A stretch of DNA of 64,000 nucleotides, taken from the NCBI GenBank assembly GCA_964016885.1, contig OZ024742.1:117056001-117120000 (forward strand), read 5' to 3'. The number at the start of each line of letters is the position of its first letter. Within the stretch, counting starts at the first letter, position 1. This DNA is from Eledone cirrhosa. Taxonomy: Eukaryota. The notes beneath the pieces are model-generated. The model worked only from the letters and a program-made list of their open reading frames with translations. It searched no databases and was not told the DNA's origin. This document shows, piece by piece, positions 1 through 12,927 of this stretch. The position numbers were made by a program, and so were the translations under genes.

Positions 1-240
1 CAAAGAGTTACGGCCCTTTATGGTCTCAGTTCAAATCCCGCCGAGGTTAACTTTGCCTTTCATCCTTATGGGGTCAATAAAATAAAGTACCAGCAATACA
101 CTGAGATAATTGCTGGCCTTGTTCCTATAGTAGAAATCAGTGTTTTTACCTTTCATCCTTATGGGGTCGATAAAATAAAGTACCAGTAATAAACTGTGAT
201 AATTGCTGGCCTTGTGCCAAAAGCAGAAACAATTATTATT
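1..240 (+). mobile_element. tRNA-derived SINE (family A), cut at the window edge, with its 3' half duplicated
   Basis: B-box-like AGTTCAAATCC, then CTTTGCCTTTCATCCTTATGGGGTC(A/G)ATAAAATAAAGTACCAG and tail GATAATTGCTGGCCTTG. The body and tail recur at ~149-235. Same family at 24.4, 32.5, 42.7, 48.7 and 62.6 kb. Confidence 0.8.
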
Positions 241-789
241 TCATAAGACATATATAGTGAAAGCCTGAATTATATTTCCCAAGTGACAGTAATATAAACA
301 GACGTAATAGTCTGTTTAGAAAAATGTGGAATTTTATATTTTTACACTTGAACTGTTCATGCCTTAACTTGATACCTATCATCTGATCAATCATTTATAA
401 ATCACATTACACAATAGAAACTTTAAAGCAAAAATAGAAGTGTTTTATCTGTTTGTAATAGCAATATCGTTTTTATTCATATCTTTGTGCTGAGGCAGAA
501 ATAATGAAATGAATTTTGTTTAGATATAACTCTTTCTATTGGTCAATTGACAGTTGTTTAACCCTTTTAATATCAAATTGCCCGAAATACCATTAGTTCT
601 ATGAAATAAAATTGTTTATTTTAAAGTGTTTATATTCATCTAAATATTTTCCTTCATAATTTTGTTAAATTATGTAACAAACAACCGAATCTGTTGAGAA
701 GGAAAGAAAGTATAGCATGTTGTATCTTATTGTCTTGGAGTTTCAATATGGAGTTAGATTTGGTAGAGGATGATATGACCTGACATCAG

Positions 790-960
790 ACAGATTCAAG
801 AGAAGTGCAAAGAGCAAGGACTCCCTTTATCAGGAATTTGTTGACTTACCAAAATCATTTCATATGGAGAACAAATACAATGTGGAGAATCCTGAAGAAA
901 TTGGGGTGCCTGCCTAGGTTTCTCAGCATATTTGTTCAACCTCAAACTTGTATGAAGGCT
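790..960 (+). pseudogene. Decayed RTE/BovB-like LINE reverse transcriptase fragment
   Basis: Frameshifted translation resembles QEKC.EQ...LY..FVDL.K.F...MWRILKKLGC.PRFLSI. Confidence 0.55.
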
Positions 961-1924
961 TATCTCAACGTTAACAGTGACCTGATGAACAATCATACAG
1001 AGACCTGATGAACACTTAGCTTCACATTGACCTTACATACTCTCACTTTACTAATAGCACCACATTACAAGGCTTGCACTGCACTCACAAGCCTCATTTG
1101 CATCCAGTGTCTTTGAGGATCATGATACTCTGTAAAAGGCCTTCTTCAAATCTTTGAAATCTAGATATAACAGCATACACTTAGCTAAGAACTTATCTTG
1201 TAGTTGTCCGACTCAGATAAGAGAATGAAAAAAAAAAAAAAAGTAAATAGTGAAAAACCTTGTCCAAGCTCCATTATCCATATGTCACAATCTCAGAATT
1301 AACCTAGAGAATTAAGTATTAATCCTGTTTCTTTATATATCTTCAGTGAAAGTATACAACATTAAGGAAGTAATGTCCATATACAACAACAGTTGCATGA
1401 TATATGATAAAGAACATATTACTATTAAAAACACAAGTTTTAAATGACTACATCATTATATCTACCTTAGTGAAAAATAAACAGAAAGTACGAAAGAAAG
1501 AATGTGATAGGTAATATATTAGCACAATATATCTCCTGAATAAGACATTTTTTAAATCAATTAAAATCAGTTAATTATATATGATACTAGAAATAATATA
1601 AGGATATAATAGAAAATATAAGTAAAAAGTATTAGTTGTATGGAAGTTCATATAATTTAGTAAAAAATATTAGTTGTATGGAAGTTCATATTATTTGTAA
1701 TCAATATTTAGAATTGTGTAGACATCAAATATTGCAGAAATACAGTAACAGATGATACTAAATAAATAAATAGTTAACAAATGTATAAATATCTCGTCTA
1801 TAAATGAAACAAATCTTGTGTCATTAAAGATTAAAAACATTAAGTTTAGAAATTTATGATGATTAAAATAATATACCTTTATATAAACTAATAATCTACT
1901 AATAGATTACATATTACTACACCT

Positions 1925-2456
1925 GCCTGGGGGCCATGGCGAAAGAGATTGTGTGGTGGACAAGGTTAAAAGGGTTAAAGACAGACACTTTCTTCTTCGG
2001 CGAATCCCTAATTAACTTTTTCAAGTTTCACTTGAAGAGGAAAATCAGGGTGGAGAGGCAAGTGCTGCTTTCTAGCAAGTTTGTTGAAAGGTGGGTGAAT
2101 GTAGCGAGAATGGTCCGAGTGAACGGGACCACTCTGAATAAACATCTGTAGTTTGAGAGATGGAAAAATTGAGAGAGGGCGCTTGCCCTGGTGGTCAGAG
2201 TAGCCCTGGTCTTTTGTGTGGTTTTTGCCACGAGTAACCCTCGGAGGTTACCCCCTATTGGGGAATTTTTCATTGTTTCAATTTTCATTTTTATTGTTTA
2301 TATATATGTTTCTATGTCCTTTTTTTTTTCTTTTCTTTTCTTATATAAATAATAAAAATATTTACACGCACAAAACCCACATCGTACCGTCCTGTACCGT
2401 CCTGTGCCATCTGTAATGTTTTTCTTGATATCAGCCCTTGTGGCCAATAAAGAAAT
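1925..2456 (+). mobile_element. 5'-truncated Tx1/L1-group LINE 3' end (ORF2 C-terminus plus 3' UTR)
   Basis: ORF 1936-2151 (AKEIVWWTR...LINFFKFHLKRKIRVER...FVERW) resembles L1/Tx1 ORF2 C-termini. T-rich UTR, AATAAA at 2446-2451, and 15-bp flanking direct repeats CATATTACTACACCT (1910-1924) / CATATTACTTCACCT (2457-2471). Confidence 0.75.
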
Positions 2457-2648
2457 CATATTACTTCACCTATGTATATAATTATATACTAATAATATTT
2501 TTATTATTAATATTGTACTCTGCTTAGTACTACACCTGTATGTAATTTTATATATATGTAGGAGGTGAGTTTTATTGTAGCACAATAAAGCAATGCAAAT
2601 ATCGGATAAGTAGCACTCTACAGTTTATAGGACTGGAGTATAAATAAT

Positions 2649-2718
2649 ATAAGATCAAAAGATGGTTAAAAGAGTTCCAAGTTCCAAGTTCTTGGAACTC
2701 TTTTAACCATCTGTTGAT

Positions 2719-2723
<5 letters not shown>
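2649..2723. repeat. Hairpin with 33-bp arms (1 mismatch) and 9-nt loop
   Basis: ATAAGATCAAAAGATGGTTAAAAGAGTTCCAAG ... CTTGGAACTCTTTTAACCATCTGTTGATCTTAT. Confidence 0.9.
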
Positions 2724-2796
<73 letters not shown>

Positions 2797-2812
2797 TATA
2801 TATATATATATA
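2720..2812. repeat. (TA)n microsatellite
   Basis: Direct reading. Confidence 0.98.
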
Positions 2813-3534
2813 CTTCATTTGTGTATGTTTTGCAAGATTTCTTATCTGAAAACGTGTGTTAAAACAGATATTGTTATACTTTGGGAGGGTCATGCTGTTA
2901 ACATATACACATGCACCTGTTAGATTGCACTTCATTATAAACTCCCAGTCAGTTAGTTAAATAACTGGATGATTGTTTAATTGGTGATTACCAAAGCTCT
3001 TTCGTCACACATTCTTTGACCTCCTTAGTGACTACTTTTGTTGTTATTTTGTGTCTTTCCTTTGTTTTGTCCTACACCATCATGTTTTTGTGAACTGTGT
3101 ACTTGGGTTGCACATGCATTATATCTGGGTTTGTGTGTGTGGGAATGTGTATGTATAAAGAAGCCAGAGTGAAGTGAATGAAGATTGTAGAAAATGATTC
3201 CAATGAGACTACCCCATGTGTAGGAGCAAATTGTGGAATAGGATGTAATGCATGCATAGACCAAGTACACACTCAGGTGCACCAGAACCATACACATATA
3301 TATTTTCTATATTCATTTTTATTTTTATTTCTATTTTTCCAGTCTTTCATGTTTTTCCCACTAACCCCCCCCCCCACCTTCTTGGAGTTACTCCCCCCAC
3401 TCTCCTGATGAAGGGCTTATGTCCAAAACGTCATAACCAGACACTCCACTCTCATCAAGCGTGAAACTAATAATACCATTTAACATTTACTCCTGCATTT
3501 GTTTGTTTCTTTATTTCTATTATTTTGAACTATA

Positions 3535-4607
3535 TGTCTGTTCTTCCACGCTAGCATGGGTTAGATGGGTTGTCCTGTTGTGGGTAGTGTCCAGTCGACT
3601 GACCTTATCTTGCTCATACAGGAACTGATTCTGGCTTGATTTCTACAGCTGGATGCTTTTTTTTTCCGTAGTGCCTATACGTCCACTTTACAGTGTGGGC
3701 TGGGTGCTTTTTGCCGTGGCACCTCCTCGACCACTTTGCAGTGGGAGGGGGTGGGTGCATATTGTCTATATGCTTCAGCTTCGGTTTGTTCCTGTGGGAA
3801 GTCGGGTCTTCTGTATTACTGCATGACGCCAGAGGTCACGGTTGTGTGTCATCGCCCTTGAGAGGTGCAATTGGGTAAGGTTGGCTTTTATCATCTCATC
3901 CCAGGTCATCTTGGGTCTCCCCACTCCATGGCTTCCATCGACTTCTAGTGCTCTGCACCTTTTTATGCAGCTGTCATCCTTCATATGCATCACATGTCCA
4001 TACCAATGCAACCGCCACTCCTGCGTACAGCATTTGATTCCTCTTATGCTCAGTCTCTCTCTCAGTTCGTTTATGTTTTGCTGTTCGCATATATTACTGT
4101 TACACATCTATCGGAGCATGCAAGCTTCGTTTCTTTCTAATCTGCACAAGTCTTCTTCACACAGTACCCAGGACTCACTACCATGTAACATTGTTGTTCG
4201 TATACATGCATCATACAGTCTGTCTTTCATTTTGAGGGAAAAGCCTCTTGCAGCTAGAGGTAGCAGCAGCTCCCTGAACTTCTTCCATCCCGTTCTTACC
4301 CTAGTTATTGTACTTTCCGAACACCCACCTCTGCTGCTAATTGGGTCACCTAGGTAGCAGAAGCTGTCTAATGTTTCTACAGAGCTCTCCCAAAGTTTAG
4401 TGGTGCTTGTTTCCTGTGGCCGTTTTTCTGCTTGCTGTCCCAGTGCAGCTGCTACATATAAAGCCTACATTCTTAGTTAAGCTACCTGAGATCCCACTAC
4501 ATCTCTTGTGTACCCATTGTTTGCATTTGGGGAAGAAGATGGAGTTCCTACCTACACCTTTCCTACATACTGAGCAAGGCCATTTCCCTGAGGGGATCTG
4601 GGTTCTG
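3535..4607 (-). mobile_element. 5'-truncated RTE-clade LINE (RT C-terminal region with Cys/His finger, plus 3' UTR)
   Basis: ORF 3775-4107 (RLHWYGHVMHM...GVGRPKMTWDE) is homologous to the 59817-60959 ORF. Upstream it reads WPCSVCRKGVGRNSIFFPKCKQWVHKRCSG. Truncated at a (TA)n tract at ~4608. Confidence 0.92.
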
Positions 4608-5329
4608 TTTATATATATATATGTTTATTTATTAATGTGTGTGTGTGCGTGTATCTTATCTAAATAATAACAATTGAAGAGACTGTGTAAGATGTGTGAA
4701 ATAGAAAGTGACCCCTAACAAATTTCAATTGCAACAAAAACAATTACCAAGGGAGGTAAGAAAATATTGACTGACAATAAATTAAAACACTATAATACGT
4801 TGATTAATTTGACAACTTCAGAATAAATTGATCTAAAAAGAACAAACATTAGCCTGTAATAATTAATTATTTGGCAAAGAGGTATGTTGAAAACTGACAC
4901 ATGAAACATGAATATAATTAGTGTGTCTTTATTTCTTCTCAAGAAGCAGCCTCTACCAAACTATTATATTTAAATATAATCATATTCATGTAAAGATTGA
5001 TTGTGAAACAACACTATACTTTCCTGGCATCAAAGATTCTCTGACCTCAAAGGTGTACAACTCTTTTTTATTTGAACATTTTAAAAAACCAACAGAAAAA
5101 TTAAAACGTCTCAGTACATTCATGTTTTGATAGTGGTGCATTGTTCTTTGCTGTGATTCTTCAATCTCTGGTGAACCACCTTTTAATAGATGTGATATTT
5201 TGGTTGTACATGACAAACTTCAGGTTCTGCCACATATATGTCTGTGATAAGCATTGATCTTTTCATATACATCCCTCTATATTGTAATTATATGTCTGTT
5301 GGCTTCAAAGAATCTACATCATTAGCACC

Positions 5330-5496
5330 ACTGTTTAACGTCTATTTTTCCATGCTGGCATTGGTTAGATGAGTTATCCTATTGTGAGCAATGCTAGGTC
5401 AAATAACCAAGTCATGCTCATACAGAACCGGTTTGGGCTTGGCTTTTACAGCTGGATGCCCTTCCTAGCACCAACCTTGTTTCCAGTGAGTACCGA
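5330..5496 (-). mobile_element. RTE-type 3' terminal region leading into a minisatellite
   Basis: TTTAACGTC..TTCCATGCTGGCAT.GGTTAGA...ACAGCTGGATGCCCTTCCTA, shared with the RTE/SINE tails elsewhere in the window. Confidence 0.75.
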
Positions 5497-6120
5497 GTGC
5501 TTTTTGTGGTGATGCCTACATAATCACTTTACAGTGTAGACTGAGTGCTTTTTGTGGTGATGCCTACACAATCACTTTACAGTGTAGACTGAGTGCTTTT
5601 TGTGGTGATGCCTACATAATCACTTTACAGTGTAGACTGGGTGCTTTTTGTGGTGATGCCTACATAATCACTTTACAGTGTAGACTGGGTGCTTTTTGTG
5701 GTGATGCCTACATAATCACTTTACAGTGTAGACCGGGTGCTTTTTGTGGTGATGCCTACATAATCACTTTACAGTGTAGACTGGGTGCTTTTTGTGGTGA
5801 TGCCTACATAATCACTTTACAGTGTAGACTGGGTGCTTTTTGTGGTGATGCCTACATAATCACTTTACAGTGTAGACTGGGTGCTTTTTGTGGTGATGCC
5901 TACATAATCACTTTACAGTGTAGACTGGATGCTTTTTGTGGTGATGCCTACATAATCACTTTACAGTGTAGACTGGGTGTGTTTTGCGGTGACACCCACA
6001 TGACCACCTTAGAGTGTGGGCTGGGTGATTTTTGCCATGACACCTACAAGGACACTTTACAGTGTGGGATGGTCACTTTTTGTCATGTCATCAATATGAC
6101 CACTTTACAGTGTGGGCTAG
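5497..6120. repeat. 48-bp minisatellite: 10 near-identical units plus ~3 diverged units
   Basis: Unit GTGCTTTTTGTGGTGATGCCTACATAATCACTTTACAGTGTAGACTGG, starting at 5497, 5545 ... 5929. Diverged units follow at 5977, 6025 and 6073. Confidence 0.97.
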
Positions 6121-6974
6121 AGGCTTCACTCGATTTAAATTCAGCTTGTCCTCATGGGAGTTGTATGGGTTATTTACCCTGCTATAACCAGAAACCTCAT
6201 TTCCTAACTTAGCTAGAATGTTTTCATCAATGTAAGTGAAGTCATCTCTCATCTGCTACTCATTGCCATGGAGAGGACATAGATTCTAGTGATCACTTAT
6301 ATTCTCTATTTTATCTATTTATCCTTTATGCCAACATTTTTTTTTTTTTTTTTTTTTTCTGTTACTTGATATTGTCCCTATACAATCATAGTTGTTTGTA
6401 GAGAGTGAAAATAATAGTAAAATTGATATATACCAAGTATTATTACAAGTCAGTTTGTTTAGCTGCTATTGTCTGCTGTTTTTATGATTATCTATATTTT
6501 AAAAAATGTAATGATACTTTTATTTATTTACTAAATTAATTAAGTATAATTTATACACTTCCTTCAGATATTCAATTTATCGTCTAGCATAGATAACCTT
6601 TAACTTGGGTTGAAATTGGGTTATGAAAAATGTAACCTTCATTCTTTAAAATGCATAGTAATTTTTGTAGAATAATTTTAGAAGAAAAAAGCATTTCAAG
6701 ACATTAAAGAGTCTAGTCAACACCAGCTTCACTTATTTTAATATCTAAAGAAACATAATTTGACAGTGTATATCGGACACAATAAGCCAAAGGTTCATGA
6801 TTGTATTATTAAATATATCTTGGGCTACATAAAATTCCTACTTAAATATTTCAGCTGTTTTAATAAATTCCAGGCAAACTCATATCCAGCAATTCATCAA
6901 CCCCACCTCACCATCCACTTCGACCTTCCTCTCTCCTACTTCTCCCTTCGACTCTCTTACTGATGCCACTAACC

Positions 6975-7905
6975 TTAACAACACCCACCCACACCTTACC
7001 ACCCAACCAATACAATTAACCTCCCCCCACCCCAACACCTATCTACCCTTCACACACACACATTCCCTCACACCACCTGACACCCACACCCCCCACCAAC
7101 GTCTCCTACCACACACTTCTTTAGGTCCATTTCACTAGTATACTACACAGAAACATACATGCACTTATACACTGAAACACACACATCCATACCCAGTATG
7201 CATGCACACATACACGTATGTATATATCTAAACAGCAAGAAAGAGGATCTGTCCTACACACACAGACAATATCTACACATAAAACCACTGGGTTATATAC
7301 ACACACAAAAACATACTTCTATACACACATACATACACACAAGCAACTCACAGTTTTATTCACTCACACATACCTGTCTGTATACACAACCACTGACTCC
7401 TCCACACATACACTTCCTCACACACACACACACACACACACATATAGAAGCCACAATCACCTCTCTCACACTTGTTCCTTTTGCTACTAATTTCTCCTCC
7501 CACCCTCTCTGGCTTGACTGACCACCCATTCCAGTTGCATTCATCACCACTTCTATTTCACTTCCTCTTTCCATGTTCTTAACCATCAACTTTTGATTTG
7601 ACTACACAATCCTATCCTGACCATCCACGTCCAGATCCTTATCCCCCACACACACATACACCAACACCCATACAGGAACATACACATACACAGACCTTTA
7701 CACCATTCCCACACACACAAAATGACACACACCAATACACTAGCCCACAACAACCATAGACATACCACTCATGTGTCTATGCTTACTATTTAACACACAT
7801 TCACACACACACACTTCTTTTCAGACACACATACTTAATCCATACACACACACATCTACACATACATCCACACACACACACATCTACACATACACACACA
7901 CTTTA
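6975..7905. repeat. CA-rich low-complexity region
   Basis: Interspersed (CA)n and CAYA runs. Confidence 0.85.
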
Positions 7906-7959
7906 CCCTCTGCTGCCTCTTCCTTGACTGAGTATTTTCACAGAGAAAATGAAATCTCT

Positions 7960-9130
7960 TTAAAAAGCTTCCTCCAAACTTCCTAAGGTAGATGAATTAT
8001 TGTAGAGGAATTTATCAGATCCCATTTGACTCTTTGAGTTTATACGAGTATCTTATGGTCAATTTCTACTTGGGGATTCCTTTTATTGTAAGATGAGTTT
8101 GTCTTGTGGTGTTATCACAAGGAATCAGATGCAATGAAGGTCTCCCTGTGTGATGATAGACCAAGTAAACCTGCATTGCAGCACACCTGCCCTCTTTGTC
8201 CATACTCTCTGCTGTCTCAACATTACTGTTTTATTCACTCTCTCATCCTCCTCTCATCCTCCACACCAACCCAAACCTCTTCTAGGATAAGATGATGTTT
8301 ATCCATATTTTCAGCTTTTTCTACCTCAGTTTTTAGGAGGTATCCCAAGCCCTGCTTTGCCAGTTGCAATAGTGTCCAATAGCTTCTTTTTCTTTAAGCA
8401 TGATTCTGCTACATGTTCCATCCTCTCTGCTCTTCATTTCCTGTCGGTTCTCACCTTGATGCCAGCTCACACAACCTTCAGATCCTCAAAGTCCCAGTAC
8501 TGTTGTACTTCTTTTGTTCATGCCATAATAAAATCTTCTTTCAGGCTACTTGATGTTGCTTGTACTATACAATGTTACACTAGTGAGGCTGTTTGGAAAG
8601 CCCAGCTACTTGTGAAGAAAGCTGCTGATCTTCCTTTCACCGGACTCCACTCTTGACAAAAGAACTGCATATGAAAACATAGGCCACAGGACTCAGGGCA
8701 GATTAGCATGTTGGTAAATACTAATCTTGGATATTCTGAACAGGTCTGATCAGTTCACCTGGTAATCTAGGCTTCAAGTTACTTCTTGAACTCTTGAATG
8801 GCTTTAGTTTCTTTCAGTGTTGAGTCAAAAATCTCCCAGAATTCTTGACTGGTTGCTTTCAAATGGAAAGGAGGGAAACTTTGAATACTGAAAATTGGAA
8901 TTTGTGAACCAGCTTCCCTTTCTTCACTACCATAAATCTCAGCATTACAGGCATGAACTTTATTATTGCTCAGGTGATTAGCTACCATATACCTCAACTT
9001 TGCTGGCTTGAAGCTTATCTTTGCCCAGCTTCAAAAGAGCTTGTGAAATCCACCTATGCTGTGGCACCAATGATATTGTGGTGGTCAAGCCATCCATAAA
9101 AGCTCTTCTCAGGAGGTTTAATTTCATTCA
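7960..9130 (-). pseudogene. Highly decayed HERO-like (restriction-like endonuclease type) non-LTR retrotransposon
   Basis: Minus strand reads RAFMDGLTT at ~9081-9105 (FMDD-like RT motif). Further on: RKISSFLHK*LGFPNSLTSVTLYS and AGIKVRTDRK*RA...AESCLKKKKLLDTIATGKAGLG, matching the RTGRKW...GR.GLG signature I recall for HERO-clade ORFs. Confidence 0.65.
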
Positions 9131-10361
9131 ACATAATGATTAAAGGAATCTAAAGTTTGGGGTACTTGTCATATTTTATAGAAGTGTCTTCAGCTTGATG
9201 ACAGCATTGTGAAAGTAGAAGAGACTAAAGTATTTGAGTGATGTAGCTGAAAGGGAGAAAAGCCAGTGACAGCTGACTGATGAAATAGCAAAGAAAGAGT
9301 AAGTGAGGAGTAGAGGGAGTGTGATATATATTTACCATATCTTTCAATGTATATAGTAAATTTGTCAGTACACAACTAGTTTAGAAGCACTACACCATAT
9401 CGCTACATGTCATCAGAGGTGACTATCATGCATAGGATTTGTTTTAAAAAATCTTACCTCAAAAGGCCCTTATGGTGAGAGTGGGAAGAGTATCACAGAG
9501 TTTGTTAATCGTTGGTAGAGATGATGGCTTTAAAATGATTGCTGTTCATATATATTTCAGTGTATATCTTATACTTTCTATATTGTATACAGTTTAATAG
9601 GCAAGAAAGTATATTTATAATTGAACATCTTACTACTGGAAAGCAGAACACCAACAAATGACACTTCTTGGCTGATACGCCAATCTACATTAAGTGGTAA
9701 GGTTTACAGCAGCACTTTTAAATAAGGGTGTTATATCAAATACAGAACCACATACATGGGCAGACATGTTACTCCAAAGATCCTTCAGAGGAACCCCATT
9801 TTCGCTGCTTGTATTCGTAATTGCATTCTTTTAGTGATTACCCAAGATTCATAACCATGTGTAAGGGTTGTCATGAATACCGAACTGAAGATATCAAGTT
9901 TGGTTTGTATATCTATCTGTCTTCTTCTGAAGCTACTGCATTACTGCACCAGCTCTTGCAATTCCTGTACTTAATTCAGTTTCCTGCCTGCCATCACTCC
10001 TGAACATGTCCCTGAGATACCTGAACAAATCCCTTGTTCATTTAAATGAATTTCCCCACAGATCCCATGTTTCTGAAAAACACAGGTTGGGAACCACTGG
10101 CTTACTAAGTAGCTGGAAAAGTTTGTGAGCTTGTATGACTGAATGGGAAATTTTAGCTTGAAGCTGGCTAACTTCAGAAACAACTAGTTGAGAATTTGAT
10201 TGCATTCTGGAAGTAACAAACTTCATAAGTGATGCCTTTTATTCTTTTATTTTCAATTCGTTTTATTTAATTTATTTTTTAAATAAATTTTATTTTTTAA
10301 ACTGTTGCTACAAAAACTTTATCTTTACAAATATCCCTTTCATTTTTAAATTGCAAATTTT

Positions 10362-10369
10362 CATATATA

Positions 10370-10435
<66 letters not shown>

Positions 10436-10544
10436 CACACATACACACACATATATATATATATGCATGTGTGTGTGTGTATGTATATATATACAAACAC
10501 GTATTTTTATATATATACACGCACATATACATACACACACATTA

Positions 10545-10590
<46 letters not shown>
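10362..10590. repeat. Compound (TA)n/(CA)n/(TG)n microsatellite
   Basis: Direct reading. Confidence 0.97.
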
Positions 10591-10591
<1 letters not shown>

Positions 10592-12662
10592 CTAAATCGA
10601 AAATGTTTCCTTTTGAAATCAAGTTCCTGATTTCATTCATTTGAAGATTCCCATTCTGTTATGATATAGTTTTTATCATTAAAAGAGAATCAAGTTAGAT
10701 TTCTTTTGCTTCAATTCTTTGAAGTCTCATTCTATAGACATTCATGGAGCAAATATTTTATTAGTTTTATTTCATTGTTAACATAACAACCATGATAAAA
10801 TATACTATATTTAATTTTATACTTAATTTTATGTATATATTTTTTTTAATGTTTATTTGCTTTTAAATAAGAAAGTATTAGCATTAGCAAATGTTTTTTT
10901 AATATGTTTGCTTTAATTATTTTATCTATGTATGAATTAAAGTTTCTATTTTGATATGAGGTAGGATGTATGATGTTAGGCTGCTGCAACACTGAGCACA
11001 TAACTGTGAGTTCAAATCTTATTACAGATAAGTACAATGTTTAGTAAAATGTTAAATATTTGTGATGAAGGAATTTGCTTGATAACTACTTAGTTGTTTA
11101 TGTTTTATCTCTATTTAGAAACCTGAGGCTGACCAATGTTTTGCGAGTGAATTCTGTAGATAGAAACCGTATAGAGGCTCATCATATCATCCTCATCGTC
11201 ATTTTTACATCTGCTTTCTACATGCCTTGATGGGCTGGAGCAGTCTTTAAAACAGTCTCTCACCACTTGTTGCATTCTTTTTTTCATTTACTTTTTTAGG
11301 TTCAGTATCTTGAAAACAGGTTTCATCACTTTGTACTGTGTTGGTTTATCACTGTCTTATCAACAATGCTTACAGCAGTTTGTGGCATTTGGTTGCTTCC
11401 TGCATAAACAAATAACCTACAGTGGAGTGTTTTGAAGAGGATATCTCTTCGTGTTTACCCAAACTGCTAAACATAGTAGTCAAAGCTACTTCACATCACA
11501 CCCTAAAATTAAATGGCCCTTTTTAAGTTTTGGTAATGAATGTTTCTCTTGTTCAATTAATGGAACCACCTTTTTGAATTATGGGTTCAATTCATTTGAT
11601 AGGCTTTTAAAGAGTTTCTATGTACCCAGGTTCACTCACAAAATTGGGGTGAGATTATGATAAAAGATACTTGCTCAAGATGTCACACAGTGGGATAAAA
11701 TCAGAAATCTTAAGGTTGCAAATCAAACTCAACTATTTAGCCATGCTACATCTAAAATCACACAGTCTTAATCCTTTTATTATCATATTTTCAATGAAAG
11801 GCACTGTCCATGATTTACAAAAAAGTTTGAAAATGATTAAATGTATGGAGAATTTAGCCATTAACTTCCATATTTTTACACTGATGAGTGAAGCAAAACA
11901 TAACAAATATTTTTGCATAAAACTTTGATATAAAATTCTTAACTATAAAAACTTTAAAACAGCTTTGTATAGTAGAACCATGAGTTGTTTAAGGTGGTTT
12001 TGTATCAATGATGTTTAAAAAACATGAAGCATTAGCATTTTTCTTATATTGTTGAATTTTTTTTATTGGAGAAATAGAAATATTGGATATTTAATAGGTA
12101 TTTTATTTTGACTTAATTTGATGATGCTTTTATATTCCCAGATTAGCAAATTTATATTTTTTATATTTCCATTTTCTATCTTAAATATATTTTCTTGTTT
12201 CTTTTGTTTTTAATTATATTGCTAGAATGTTTTTGTATTGTTTTGTTTTAGCTTTTGTTTTTCTAATCTATTTTTATGCTATTATTAAATATCTTTTTTT
12301 ATTTGATTTTAATCGTTAATATATTTTTAAACTTTTGTTTATAAACTTTTATTTATAATAGCTTTGATAATGACAAACAAAAGACAAAGCCAAAATTAAA
12401 AACAATAGATAAAACATGAGACTATAAAGATAATGATGATAATCAGTTTAGAAATCAATGTAACAGAGTATTTGTGCATTTATTGCAAATAAACGTTTTA
12501 GCCATTCCAGGCCAATTGATTCAGTTGCTTTTTTTCATTGTGATTAGTTGAAATCAATATTCAATTATGTAAGCACCTATCTTAGAAAGTTTTTAGCATC
12601 TGGTTGTTATGTCATATGTTACCATTCCTTTTGAGTTCCATGATTTATAGAATGATATTTTG

Positions 12663-12663
<1 letters not shown>

Positions 12664-12696
<33 letters not shown>

Positions 12697-12854
12697 TTGT
12701 ACATGTGTATATATTTATGTGTATTTGTATATATATATATATGTGTGTATTTTGATATATATATATATATTTATATATCTCTGTGTATGTGTGTGTATAT
12801 ATATATATATATTTATATATCTGTATGTGTATGTGTGTGTATATATATATATGC

Positions 12855-12927
<73 letters not shown>

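Noticed and set aside
3842-4357. 171-aa + strand ORF (also 60097-60381, 60421-60822 and 59194-59727)
   Set aside because: Antisense shadows of the RTE ORF or UTR.
5497-6120. CRISPR-like regular array
   Set aside because: Units are contiguous and nearly identical with no unique spacers. The unit derives from a retroelement tail, there are no cas genes, and the context is eukaryotic.
10084-10099. hAT-type TIR (AGGTTGGGAACCACTG)
   Set aside because: I could not find the partner TIR or a TSD, so no element boundaries can be supported.
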